From positions 1,408,001 to 1,472,000 of the forward strand of contig CAVOXA010000010.1 of the NCBI GenBank assembly GCA_963700285.1: a DNA stretch of 64,000 nucleotides, in the 5' to 3' direction. Both the position numbers and the translations under genes were made by a program. Below, piece by piece: positions 18,467 to 29,348 of the stretch. Position 1 is the first letter of the stretch. The number at the start of each line of letters is the position of its first letter. The notes beneath the pieces are model-generated. The model was not told the DNA's origin and did not search any database. It was given only the letters and a program-made list of their open reading frames with translations. This DNA comes from an uncultured Chloroflexia bacterium. GTDB lineage: Bacteria > Chloroflexota > Anaerolineae > JAAYZQ01.

Positions 18467-19954
18467 CTATGAACTGAGATCCTCCGCAATCTCCCGAAAC
18501 TGCTCCAGCGCCGCCTGCAGGTCCTCCACGATCTCCGCCGCCAGCACATCCGGATCCGGCAGGTTGGCGGTGTCCTCCAGCGACTCGTCCCGCAGCCAAA
18601 AGATGTCGAGGTTGACCTTGTCGCGGGCCAGCAGCTCCTCGTAGCCGAACGACCGCCAGCGGCCGTCCGGATCCTCCTCCGACCAGGTTGCCGTACGCTC
18701 GTGGCGGTTCTCCGGGTTGAAGCAGGCCACAAACTCGTCCAGGTCGGCGCGGCTGAGCGGGTTCTGTTTCAGCGTGAAATGCGTGTTGGTGCGCAGGTCA
18801 TAGATCCACAGCCTCTCCGTCCAGGGCTTGGCGCTGGCCGGCTTGCGGTCGAAAAAGAGCACGTTGGCCTTGACCCCCTGGGCGTAAAAGACCCCCGTCG
18901 GCAGCCGCAGCAGCGTGTGCACGTCGCACTCGTGCAGCAGCTTGCGGCGTACGGTCTCGCCCGCCCCACCCTCAAAGAGCACGTTGTCGGGCACGACGAC
19001 CGCCGCCCGGCCGTTGATCTTGAGCAGCGTCTTGACGTGCTGCACAAAGTTCAACTGCTTGTTGCTGGTCGAGGTCCAGAAATCGTCGCGGACGACGGTC
19101 TGGCGACTCGCGCCGGATCTCGCCCTCGTCGGTGACAAAGGTGACGCTGCTCTTCTTGCCAAAGGGCGGATTGGTCAGCACCAGGTCGAAGCGGTCGCCG
19201 GGGTCGGCGGCCAGGCTGTCGGCGACGTGGATGGGGCTTGCCGTCGCCGTTGGTCGCCGATGCCGTGCAGGTAGAGGTTCATCACGCACAGCCGGGCGGC
19301 GCTGTCGACGATCTCCCAGCCGTGCAGGGCCTGGTGGCGCAGGTGCTCCCACTGGTCGCGGTCGAGCGGGGCGTGGTGCTCGACGATGTAGTCGTAGGCG
19401 GCCAGCAGAAAGCCGCCGGTGCCGCAGGCCGGGTCGCAGATGGTCTGGCCCGGCGCGGGGCGCATCACGTCGACCATGGCCTGGATGAGCGGGCGCGGCG
19501 TGAAGTACTGGCCGGCGCCCGACTTGATGTCCTGGGCGTTCTTTTCCAGCAGCCCCTCGTAGATCTCGCCCTTGACGTCGATGTCCAGGCCGATCCAGGT
19601 CTCGCCGTCGATCAGCTCGATCAGGCGGCGCAGCTTGGCCGGGTCCTGGATCCGGTTCTGGGCCTTGCGAAAGATGACGGGGATCAGGCCGGAGCCCTTG
19701 CCCAGCTCGACCAGGATGTGGCGGTAGTGGGTCTCCAGCTCGTCGCCGTCGCGGGCCAGCAGGCTCTGCCAGCTCCAGGCCCTGCGGGGATGACGCTGGT
19801 CCTTGCCCAGCTCGCGGACCTGCTCGTCGGCCATCTTGAGGAAGAGCAGGTAGGTGAGCTGTTCGACGTAGTCGCCGTAGGAGACGCCGTCGTCGCGCAG
19901 GACGTTGCAGTAGTTCCACAGGCGTTGGACGATGGTGGCGGATTCGGTTGACAT
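18467..19954 (-). CDS. hsdM: Type I R-M methyltransferase (frameshifted)
   Basis: LWNYCNVLRDDG, GQYFTPR, DPACGTGGFL, NPPFG, AAVVVPDNVLFEGG. Confidence 0.93.
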
Positions 19955-19969
19955 TCCAGCGTGTCTCCT

Positions 19970-20075
19970 GTAGGGGCGAGGCATCCCCGCAAGCAGTTGC
20001 GCAGGCGCTAGTCCTACGACAGATGGAATGCTTGCGACCAGGGTGCGGGCTGCATCCGGGATGCCTCGCCCCTAC
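19970..20075. repeat. REPIN 1, arms GTAGGGGCGAGGCATCCC / GGGATGCCTCGCCCCTAC
   Basis: 18-bp perfect inverted arms with GTAG end. Confidence 0.9.
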
Positions 20076-20338
20076 CTAATCTGGTGTCCATTGATTGAAG
20101 CGGTTGGGGGCAGCTTCCGGGTGCAGTTGGTCCTCCTGCCAGCGGATCGGGTTGCCCTGGATATACGCGCGGATGCGGTTCAGCGAGGGTTCGTCCCGCA
20201 CAATGTGCTCCCAGTAGTTGCGCTGCCAGAACGGCGTACGCCGGATTTTGCGCATCCGATTGATGCGCCTTGTCGTCACCGATTTGTAATTGCCGACAAT
20301 GGCGCCCAACGACCCCGGCGGCGGTCCCCCTGGTCCCT

Positions 20339-20440
20339 GTAGGGGCGAGGCATCCCCAGGAACACTCGCGCCCTGGCGCAAAGCTCCACCTGTCGCATCT
20401 ACGCCAGCGCAAGCACTTGCCGGGGATGCCTCGCCCCTAC
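20339..20440. repeat. REPIN 2, inside RAYT coding sequence
   Basis: Same arms; 102 bp read in frame just after the HUH motif. Confidence 0.9.
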
Positions 20441-20719
20441 CAGGCAGATCATCCGCAATGACGATGAGGCCATGCATGTGATTGGGCATGAGGACCCAAT
20501 CGTCCAGGGTCACGGACGGGAAGATGGACCGGGATACGCTGCCAGTAGTGGCCCGCCACGCGCCCCCAGTGGTTGAGTTGCATCTGACCATCCACCACCT
20601 CGCCCAGCAGGCAGTCGCCCTCTGCGCACGCAAATGGTGACGAAATAGATGCCAGGGGAGGTATAGTCGTAGCCCTGGCAACCGGATTGACCGGCGGCGG
20701 CGCTTCCCGGGTCGAATCT

Positions 20720-20823
20720 GTAGGGGCGATGGCATCCCACACGACATTCTCACCCCGGCGCAGGCTTGCGTCTGTCGTAGGCCCTTCGCTAACGGCTAGA
20801 CTTCTGGGGATGCCTCGCCCCAC
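20720..20823. repeat. REPIN 3, at RAYT 5' end
   Basis: GTAGGGGCGATGGCATCCC ... GGGGATGCCTCGCCCCAC. Confidence 0.85.
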
Positions 20824-20890
20824 GGTTGCGGTTGCGGTCGCGCGCCATCATAGACCACCAAACCTCCAGATGTGCTGGTTCAATTCTGTC

Positions 20891-22470
20891 TCATAACAGG
20901 TGTAACTGCTGTGGCGTTCCTGCCTCTTGCTTCGGCTTGCGGCCCCTGTTGTCCCTGGTTTTCTCCGCCTGAATGCGCGCCAGCAGCACCGAGGCCGGCT
21001 CGTCCTCCGGGTCCTGGGGCACCAGCTTGCCCTCGAAGGCGCGTTTCAGGATGGCCTGCCGCAGCCGTCGGCCCGCAGGAGGGCAGCCTCGACCTGCTTC
21101 TCCAATTCCTCCACCACCGACAGCCGTCGCTCGACTTCGGCGACGATGCGGTGTTGTTCAGCCAAGGGGGGAGGGAACCGGCATGTGGCGACATCCGCGT
21201 AGCTCAGGTCGATGATTGCCGACTGCTATTGCATCCTGACCAATCTACTGGCATCGAGCATGCTGCTCGAGGTACTACATGTGTCAGAATCACTGGCGAA
21301 CCACGTACATGTCGGATACGAATCGATTCATGTTCTGACACAGCGACGCGAACGTATCGTGCCGGTACAGCATGTCCGCGACTTCACCAGCTGACTGCCA
21401 GTAACCTCGCTAGAAGCAGGTCACCTTCTTGCAGTCGATACATCTCGATACTCATGTGCTTGCGACTATCTTCATCGCATCAGATAGATTAACCTGTCAC
21501 GACTCAGGTTCGCATCGTCGACATTCGATCGTCAGAACAGGGATGCCCGATCTCGATGGAATCGGAAACTGTGCTCATAGTGCGACCCATAATGCCGGTC
21601 AGCCGCTGAAGCACCATGCTCCAGCTGTCGCCCACACCCACCCCTCCGGCAACTCCGGCAAGTCGGACGTGTCGGTGCCGCAGGCTCCTTGTACCTCTTT
21701 CCCGGATTCTCCGCCTCCCACTTGGCGCGGCGCTCGGCCAGGATGCGCTGGAGCAGCACGTCCGCCGGTTCGTAGTCGCGGCCCTCGGCGCGGGCCAGTT
21801 CCGCCTCGGTGGGGACCAGGCGGCCCTCGCAGGCGGCCTTGAGCACGGCGGCCTTGTAGCGCCGCAGGTTGGCCTGCGCCCGCTTCAGCGCGGCGACGCC
21901 TGCCTCCAGCCGGGTGAACTGGGTCTCGATCTCGGCGACGATGCGGTGTTGTTCGGGGAGAGGGGAGCGAAGGGCAATCGATGAGCTCGTTTCATCACGT
22001 CCCGCGATTGCTGGCACTCGTGCCTTTGCGCTAGAATTCCAGTCGTACTGCCAATGGACTCGTAGATAGTACAGCATGAAGTAGCAGAGCATACTCCCGC
22101 TAGATTGCGCCTGCAGCAGCAAGAGCCTGATATCGACGCCAAGACCTCTGAGCCTATGCAGAGCTTCGTTGCAGGCACCAATGAGGCAACGATCGACTTG
22201 CAGAAGGTATCGACATGTCTCGCAGACAGATATCGTCTCAGATGCACCACTTGACGTGCTCCGGTAGTGATCACTGACTGTAGCCTTTGCCCTGATGACA
22301 GCGTTGCCGATGCCATCGACGTTGTATCTGTTGGAGATGCTTCGACTGCTCATCAGGACATCCCTGCGTCGCTGCATCTGTCCACATCGCCGACCCTTCC
22401 GGCAACGTCTCTGGTCGTAGTGCATCCAGTTCGTCTGTGCCAACTCGCCGCACGTCCGTTACTGCGCCAT
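20891..22470 (-). CDS. hsdS: Type I R-M specificity subunit; conserved regions clear, both TRDs garbled
   Basis: PLPEQHRIVAEIE, LKAACEGRLVP, LPELPEGWVW, PLAEQHRIVAEVERRLS, AFEGKLVPQDP.DEPAS. Confidence 0.85.
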
Positions 22471-22479
22471 GTCGATCCT

Positions 22480-25250
22480 ACGTCCTACGCCAACTGCCTC
22501 ATTCATCTCGTCCAGCAGCGCCGGCAACTCCGCCCCAAACAGCCGCCGGGCCGCGATCCACCCGCCCCGGCTGAACAGCTCGCCATACCTGAAAGTCGTC
22601 GCCGCTCACGCTCAGGTTGACGCCGATGTGGTCCGCGATCTGGTCCAGCCACCAGCGCTGCTCCTCGGTGAAGGTCCGCCCGCCGGCCTCCTGGGCCGCC
22701 AGCCAGTCCTCGTAGCGCTGCCGCACCCGCTCCGGATAGGGCACCAGCTCGTCGTCCAGCTCCACGGCGTGGCGCACCAGCGAGACCAGGTCGGTCAGCA
22801 CCCGCTGCGCGCCCACGCCGCGCACCTTGTCCCGCTCCAGTTGGGCGTAGGCCCGCCACAGCGACTCGGTGGTCCAGGCCTGGGGCGGCAGCGCCAGCGC
22901 GCTCGCGCCAGCTCCTTGACCTGCTGGTAGGTCAGCCGCTGCTGGGCGTAGGGCTGGCTGTAGATGATCTGCAGGGCCGTGATCTCGTCGCGGTTCTCCT
23001 CGATGAACTGCCGGAAGGACTGCGACCGTGGCCCGCGCCTGCTCGTCGCTGAAACCGGCGCTCGGTGACGCGGTCCACGCTCACGATGTCGATGATCTGC
23101 TCGGCGCGCTGGTGGATGGCGATGAGCGTCTGGCGCAGCGCCGGGTCGTCGAAGGGGCGCCGTGGCCCGGCCGACCAGCTCCTCGCGCCGCCTGGGCGAT
23201 CTGCTCCGGCGCTGGATCGGCCAGGCCGGTCTCGGCCTGGGCCAGCGCCAGGTGCTGGTCGGGGTCGACGGCGTCCAGCAGGAGGTTGGCCAGGTCCGCG
23301 GAGCGACAGCCCGCCGCTGGCGGCGCGGATCTCTTCCTCGTCCTGGGGCGTCAGCTTGCGCTGCCAGCCGGGCCAGCCGCCCGGCCAGCGAGGTCAGCAT
23401 GTCCTCGTCGCGCACGCCCAGGGCCACCTGCTCCAGCAGCTTCTCAAAGGGCACCGGTGCGCTTGCGCTCGATGGTCTTGGGGTCGTGCTTCTGCTCGTC
23501 GACCACGCCCACGGCGTCCACGATGACAAAGTGGGTCTTTTCCCGGGTGTCGGGCGTCACGGCCTGCAGGTCGGTGGAGCTGACGACGCGCGTGCCGCGG
23601 CCCATCATCTGGTCGAACAGCACCCGCGAGCGCACCGGCCGCATGAAGAGCAGCACCTCCAGCGGCTTGATGTCGGTGCCGGTGGAGATCATGTCCACCG
23701 TGACGGCGATGCGCGGGTTGTAGCTGTTGCGGAAGGAGGCGATCAGGTCCTCGGGCTTGGCGCCGGTCACCTTGTAGGTGATCTTTTGGCAGAACTCGTT
23801 GCCCCGGCCAAACTCCTCGCGGGCGATGCGCACGATGTCCTCGGCGTGGCTGTCGTCCTTGGCAAAGACCAGCGTCTTGGGCACCTCGCGTGCGGCCGGG
23901 ATAGATCTCGGTGAAGAGCTTGTCGCGGAAGGTGCGGATCACGGTCCGGATCTGGCTCTCCGAGACCACGTCGCGGTCGAGCTGGTTGGGGCCGTATTCC
24001 AGGTCCTCGTCCAACTGCTCCCAGCGCACGCTGGCGGGTGTGCCGGTCGCGCCTGTCCACGTAATAGCCCGCCTCCACCCGGCTGCCCTGCTCGGTGATC
24101 CGGGTGCGGATGCGGTAGACCTCGCCGTCGACGTTGACGCCGTCGGCCACCGCCCGCTCGCGCGAGTACTCCATCACCAGGTTCTGGTTGAAGAAGCCCA
24201 GCGTCTGCTTGGAGGGCGTGGCCGTCAGGCCGATGAGGGTCGCGTCGAAAGTACTCCAGCACCTGCCGCCACAGGTTGTAGATGGAGCGGTGGCACTCGT
24301 CGGTGATGATGAAATCGAAGTACTCGATGGGCAGGTCGGGGTTGTAGCGCACCAGCTTGGGGGCTTCCTGGTCCAGCTCCCGCTCCCGGCCCCACAGGGA
24401 GCGCTCCTCCGCCTCGGCGTCGAACTCGGCCTCGCCGCTGAGCATGGAGTAGAGCCGCTGGATGGTGGTGATGCACACCTTGCTGACCGGGTCCAGCACG
24501 TTGGAGCGCAGGCGCTGCACGTTGTACAGCTCGGTGAAGCGGCGGCCGTCGTCGGGGGTCACGTACTGGTCGAACTCGGTGAACGCCTGGCGGCCCAGGT
24601 TGTTGCGGTCCACCAGGAAGAGCACGCGCCGCGCCCTGGCGAACTTGATCAGGCGGTAGACAAAGGTGACGGCGGTGAAGGTCTTGCCGCTGCCGGTGGC
24701 CATCTGGATCAGGGCCCGGGGCCGGTCGTCGGCAAAGGACTGCTCCAGGTTCTGGATGGCCTCGATCTGGGCGTCCCACAGCCCCTCGGTGATCAGGGGC
24801 GGCAGCTCCCGCAGGCGTGCTCGCAGGGTCTCTGGCTCCGCCGCCCAGTCGGCCAGGGTCTCCGGCCGGTGGAAGGCGAACACCCGGCGGCTGCGCGGCT
24901 CGGGGTCGCGCTCGTCGCGGAAAAAGGTCTCGACGCCGGTGCTCTCGTAGGCAAAGGGCAGGGGGAGCTGGACGTGGGGGATGCTCGCCGGCAAGCCGGT
25001 CAGGTAGGCGCCCGATTGCTCGGCCACACCGCTGAGGGTCGTGCCCGGCCGCCTTGGCCTCGATGACGCCCACGGCCTGGCGGTCCACGAACAGCAGATA
25101 GTCGGCGTAGCCGGTTTCCAGGGGGAACTCGCGCACGGCCACGCCGCGGGCCGCGCCCAGGTTGAGCCCATTTCGGTTCTGGACGCGCCAGCCTGCCGCC
25201 TCCAGCAGTTGATCGATCGTTTCCCGGGCTTGTTCTTCCGGCGTGGGCAT
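22480..25250 (-). CDS. hsdR: Type I R-M restriction subunit, EcoAI/EcoEI-like (frameshifted)
   Basis: ADYLLFVD..AVGVIEAK, MATGSGKT, FLVDR, DECHRS, GLTATP, KTLVFA, TVDMISTGTD, QMMGRGTR. Confidence 0.93.
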
Positions 25251-25676
25251 AGGGGCTCCAACTAGAAGCGCGATCCGGACCACTGAATGCGGCTACAAGG
25301 CATCGTCGGCCACCAAGTTTCCTCGAACCTGTGCGCCAGGGGCTTCCCAGGAGGAGCGACGGTCTCTGGGCGCCCGGCTGGCTATTAAGGGGCGGGGTGG
25401 TTTGCCCAGCCCCAGGTGATAGGTAGATTCTGATCCAGATTATACCACTGGACCGTCAGCAGGGCAAACGCGAGCGCTCTATCCAGTTTGAAGGATGCAG
25501 CAGGTTGCCCACAGTCATAGCGTGCGGGCAGGGTGTTGGATACGGTCTGGGCAGGATGGAGAGCAGAAGCGGCATAGCCGCCTGACCGGGCGAATCCCGT
25601 ACGTTCAGCGGGCGTTCGGCAGCCGGCCGCCGTAGCAGCAGGAGGAAAGCGCAAGCCCCCCTCCCGGGCCAACCTC

Positions 25677-25795
25677 TTAGCCCATCCCGGCCGGGCCCAG
25701 CGGGTCCTCGATGGCCGCCAGGACCTCGCCCGCACGGCAAATGCGGCTGCGGGCCTGGCCGGTGATCTCGCGTAGGATGCCGGCCTCCTCCAACC
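25677..25795 (-). pseudogene. C-terminal HTH remnant of a Fic-family protein
   Basis: Manual translation RLEEAGILREITGQARSRICRAGEVLAAIEDP*. Confidence 0.5.
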
Positions 25796-25907
25796 TGCTG
25801 TTGCCACACCTTGTCATCGCGGGTAGCGTTGCCCTGCCACCATTTGACATGTCCTGAAAAATGGTCTATACTTGTCTATATCATCTGTCTATCTATAGGA
25901 TGGAAGA

Positions 25908-26159
25908 ATGACAGTATCTGTTGCAGAGGTCCACAATCGTCTGTCCCATTGGCTCAATCAGGTGGCCGATGGGCCTGTCACCATCACGCGCCGGGGAAAA
26001 CCGGTGGGAGTCATCATCTCTCCAGAAGAGTACGAGCAGCTCCGCCAGGTGCAGGCCTACCTGAAGATGCTGCGCCTGTCCCGGTCGCTGCAAGATAGTG
26101 GTTTGACGGCCGGTGAACTGCGCCAAGCGTCCCGCGAGGAATTGGAGGAGCGCTCGTGA
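25908..26159 (+). CDS. Phd/YefM antitoxin
   Basis: VSVAEVHNRLS...PVTITRRGKPVGVIIS; TTGACA...TATACT promoter upstream. Confidence 0.9.
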   Translation: MTVSVAEVHNRLSHWLNQVADGPVTITRRGKPVGVIISPEEYEQLRQVQAYLKMLRLSRSLQDSGLTAGELRQASREELEERS

Positions 26160-26584
26160 TTGTCGATGCGAGTGTCGTGCTGGCAGCTTTCCTGCCCGAC
26201 GAGTCCCAAGCCCAGGCCCAAGCCGTGATCCGCGACCACGTCATCGGGCGACTATTACTCTCCGCGCCGAACCTGCTCCTCTACGAGGTGACCAACGCCG
26301 CTGTCCAGGCGACGCGCCGGGATCGCATCAGCGCAGAGCAAGCCCGGGAGATCCTGGCGTCGTTTGAAGGGCTGGCCATCGAGCTGCAGGCGGTGACATG
26401 GCCAGAGATGCTGTCCTTCGCCCAGCGATTTGACCGCTCCGCGTACGACGCGGCCTACCTGGCGCTGGCGGAAGCCACCGGACAGCCGCTCATCACCGGC
26501 GACCGGCGACTGTACCATGCCGTCCGGGAACAGTTGGACTGGGTCCACTGGCTCGGGGACTATGAGGCAACCTCAGGCGGTTAG
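26156..26584 (+). CDS. vapC: VapC PIN-domain toxin
   Basis: IVDASV, YEVTNA, SAYDAAYLALA, LITGDRRL; GTGA overlap. Confidence 0.9.
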   Translation: MIVDASVVLAAFLPDESQAQAQAVIRDHVIGRLLLSAPNLLLYEVTNAAVQATRRDRISAEQAREILASFEGLAIELQAVTWPEMLSFAQRFDRSAYDAAYLALAEATGQPLITGDRRLYHAVREQLDWVHWLGDYEATSGG

Positions 26585-26694
26585 GACCCGGTAGGGGTCT
26601 ACATGGAGGCCAAACGCAGACGCGGCCGGCCATGGAGCGTTTGCCGGCCCTCGGCCCGGGGCGGGCGTCCCGGGTGGAAGAAAGGAGCGACGAA

Positions 26695-28114
26695 ATGGGC
26701 AAGCGGCTTTGGGTGATCGTGGTGCTGGTGGCGCTGAGTGCGGTGCTGGCCCTGCCGTCTTTGGCAGCGCCGGCAGCGGCAGGACCGGCCGGCGATCCGA
26801 CGCTGGAGTGGAACACATTCCTGGGCGGCACCGCGGCCGACGATGGTTACGCGGTGGCCACCGACGCCGGTGGGAACGTCTACGTGGCGGGCACGAGCAT
26901 GGCCGCCTGGGGAACGCCCATCCGTGCCTACGGTGGGGCCGGCGACGCCTTTGTGGCCAAGCTGGACAGCAAGGGCGCCCTGCAGTGGAATACCTTTCTG
27001 GGGTCGGCCACGGGCGAGGACCGGGCTTACGGGCTGGCCCTGGATGGCAGCGGGAACGTCAACGTCACCGGCGAGAGCCTCTTTGCCTGGGGCACGCCGG
27101 TCAACGCCCACTCGGCGGATGGCAGCGACGTTTTCGTGGCCCAACTGGACAAGAATGGCGCGCTGCGCTGGAACACCTTCCATGGCGGGCAGAGCATCGA
27201 TCAGGGCCGTGCCATCGCCGTGGATGGGGCCGGGGGCATCTATGTCTCGGGGGAGAGCCATGGTACCTGGGGCAAGCCGGTCGTTCCCCCCGGCACGGGG
27301 CTCATCAACCAGGAGGCCTTTGCGGCCAAACTGACCAAGAACGGCGCCCTGGTGTGGAACACCTTTATGGGCGACCCCAACAACGAGGACTATGCCCGGG
27401 GTATTGCCCTGGGCGGCGGTGTGGCCGTGACGGGCAAGAGTATGAAATCCTGGGGCAAGCCGGTCCGCGCCCACTCGGGCGACTGGTACGGCGACGCCTT
27501 TGTGGCCCAACTGAACGCCAGCACCGGGGCGCGCCAGTGGAACACCTTCCTGGGTGGGGCGCAGACCGACGAGGGCCGGGCCATTGCCGCCAGCGGGAGC
27601 GAATCTGTACGTCACGGGCTACAGCTATGGCGCCTGGGGTACGCCGGTCGCTCCTTTCCCGGGCACGTCGAACAACGTTTTTGTGGCCCGTCTGAACGGC
27701 AGCGGCGCCCTGCAGTGGAATACCTTCCTGGGCGGCGGCGACTATGAGGACGACGCCGGCAACGCCATCGCGGTGGTGCGAGGCAGCCGGATCTATGTCG
27801 CGGGGGAGAGCGACGATGGCTGGGGCAAGCCAGTCCAGGCCTATTCAGGAGATGAGGACGCCTTTGTGGCCCAGTTGAACAGCAGCGGCGCGCTGCAGTG
27901 GAACACGTTCCTGGGTGGGGAGTACGCGGACCGTGGCTATGGCATTGCCGCAAACGATGCCAACGTCTACGTCGCCGGTGAGAGCGTGGTGGAATACGGC
28001 GACTGGGGGACGCCGGTCCGGCCCGGCAGCGGGGAAGAGGATGCCTTTGTCGTCAGGCTGGGCGTGGAGCCGCCGGAACTCCATCGCGCCCTGCTGCCGG
28101 TGATCCGGCGGTAG
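26695..28114 (+). CDS. Secreted SBBP-repeat beta-propeller protein (frameshift near 27600)
   Basis: Signal peptide; seven WNTF(L/H/M)G...DAFVA repeats; C-terminal ALLPVIRR. Confidence 0.85.
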
Positions 28115-28208
28115 GGCTTGGCCCAGCCCTTGCCAGGGTTCTGCCCAGGTGTTGCCTGCGCAACCCCAGGCCCTTTGGCCTGACTTGCAGATCAATGCCA
28201 GGGTCACG

Positions 28209-28265
28209 GAACCTTCGCAAGGATGATTCTCTCAGTGGCCCGCAGGCCAATCCTTGCGAAGGTTC
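28209..28265. repeat. REP pair GAACCTTCGCAAGGAT / ATCCTTGCGAAGGTTC between convergent genes
   Basis: Perfect 16-bp arms. Confidence 0.75.
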
Positions 28266-28288
28266 TGTAGCGGTGTTACCAGCCAGAC

Positions 28289-29128
28289 TCAGGCCTTTTG
28301 GCCTGGCTTGCAGGTCGATGCAAGGCTAATACAATCTTCGCAGGGATAGCGCTCTGAGCTGCTCGCCCGGCGGTTCGCAGCATAGTAGCCGGCCAGGGCC
28401 TTGTAGCGGGCGGTGGTGGCATCTGCCGCGGCCTTGGCGCGCAGGGCCGTATAGTAGTCGCCCAGGGCGGTCCAGCGGTCCTGGCTACGGGATGCGTAGT
28501 AGTTGGCCAGGGCCTTGTAGCGGGCGGTGGTGGTATCCGCCGCGGCTTGGGCGCGCAGGGCCGTGAAGTAGTCGCCCAGGGCGGTCCAGCGGTCCTGGCT
28601 ACCGGACGCGTAGTAGTTGGCCAGGGCCTGGCTGCGGGCGGCGCTGGTATCCGCCGCGGCTTGGGCGCGCAGGGCCGTGTAGTAGTCGCCCAGGGCGGTC
28701 CAGCGGTCCTGGCTGCCGGACGCGTAGTAGTTGGCCAGGGCCTTGTAGCGGGCGGTGGTGGTATCCGCCGCGGCTTGGGCGCGCAGGGCCGTGTAATAGT
28801 CGCCCAGGGCGGTCCAGCGGTCCTGGTTACGGGATGCGTAGTAGTTGGCCAGGGCCTTGTAGCGGGCCGTGCCGGCCACGCCTGCGGCCTCATACCTGGC
28901 GGCATAGTGCTCGCCCAGGGAGGCCCAGCGGTCTGAGCCGGCGGCGATGCCGGCGTCGATACCGGCCGGCATGCGGGCGGGCGGGTTCCCCGGACTGAGG
29001 GCGGCCCACAGGATCACCACCACAACCAGCCAAAACAAGAACAGCCCCATCGCGATGAGCAGCCAGGCAGCGGCTGTTGGGATCTGCCGCCGGGATCCAA
29101 ATCGTGCGGTTGTCATCTTTCCGATCAT
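28289..29128 (-). CDS. Membrane-anchored protein with 38-aa tandem repeats
   Basis: GGAGG RBS; N-terminal TM; 114-bp units at about 28393, 28507, 28621, 28735, 28849. Confidence 0.8.
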   Translation of the reverse strand: MIGKMTTARFGSRRQIPTAAAWLLIAMGLFLFWLVVVVILWAALSPGNPPARMPAGIDAGIAAGSDRWASLGEHYAARYEAAGVAGTARYKALANYYASRNQDRWTALGDYYTALRAQAAADTTTARYKALANYYASGSQDRWTALGDYYTALRAQAAADTSAARSQALANYYASGSQDRWTALGDYFTALRAQAAADTTTARYKALANYYASRSQDRWTALGDYYTALRAKAAADATTARYKALAGYYAANRRASSSERYPCEDCISLASTCKPGQKA

Positions 29129-29348
29129 GCTATCCTCCCTGTTGGTCTGTTTGCCAGTATGAACGGGGCTGTCTGCCCCTTTTCCGGCATGGAGGGGATT
29201 CTACCACGGCGACACAGAGGGCACAGAGGATCTGTGCTGGGGCTGGCGCCGGGCCTTCGCTCAACGCAGGCCGGTTTGACAACGCGGTAGGGCTCTGCGA
29301 TAATGCCATTATCCATCTGTAAAAGAACTCGAATGCCAGGAGGAGATC

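Larger units (their letters stand above)
20076..20851 (-). mobile_element. REP-associated tyrosine transposase (RAYT, Y1 HUH family), frameshifted
   Basis: RRRSIRL.GYDY...GIYFVTIC, WVLMPNHMHG, SLGAIVGNYKS, FWQRNYWEHIVRDE...YIQGNP; GGAGG RBS before ATG 20851. Confidence 0.88.

Noticed and set aside
21180-22470. Diversity-generating retroelement target
   Set aside because: No reverse transcriptase or template/variable repeat pair with adenine-specific differences was seen
13090-26630. att sites or tRNA integration site bounding the island
   Set aside because: No tRNA or convincing terminal direct repeat could be seen by eye, so island limits remain approximate
28380-28870. CRISPR-like or non-coding repeat
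   Set aside because: The 114-bp period is in frame within a coding ORF with synonymous variation
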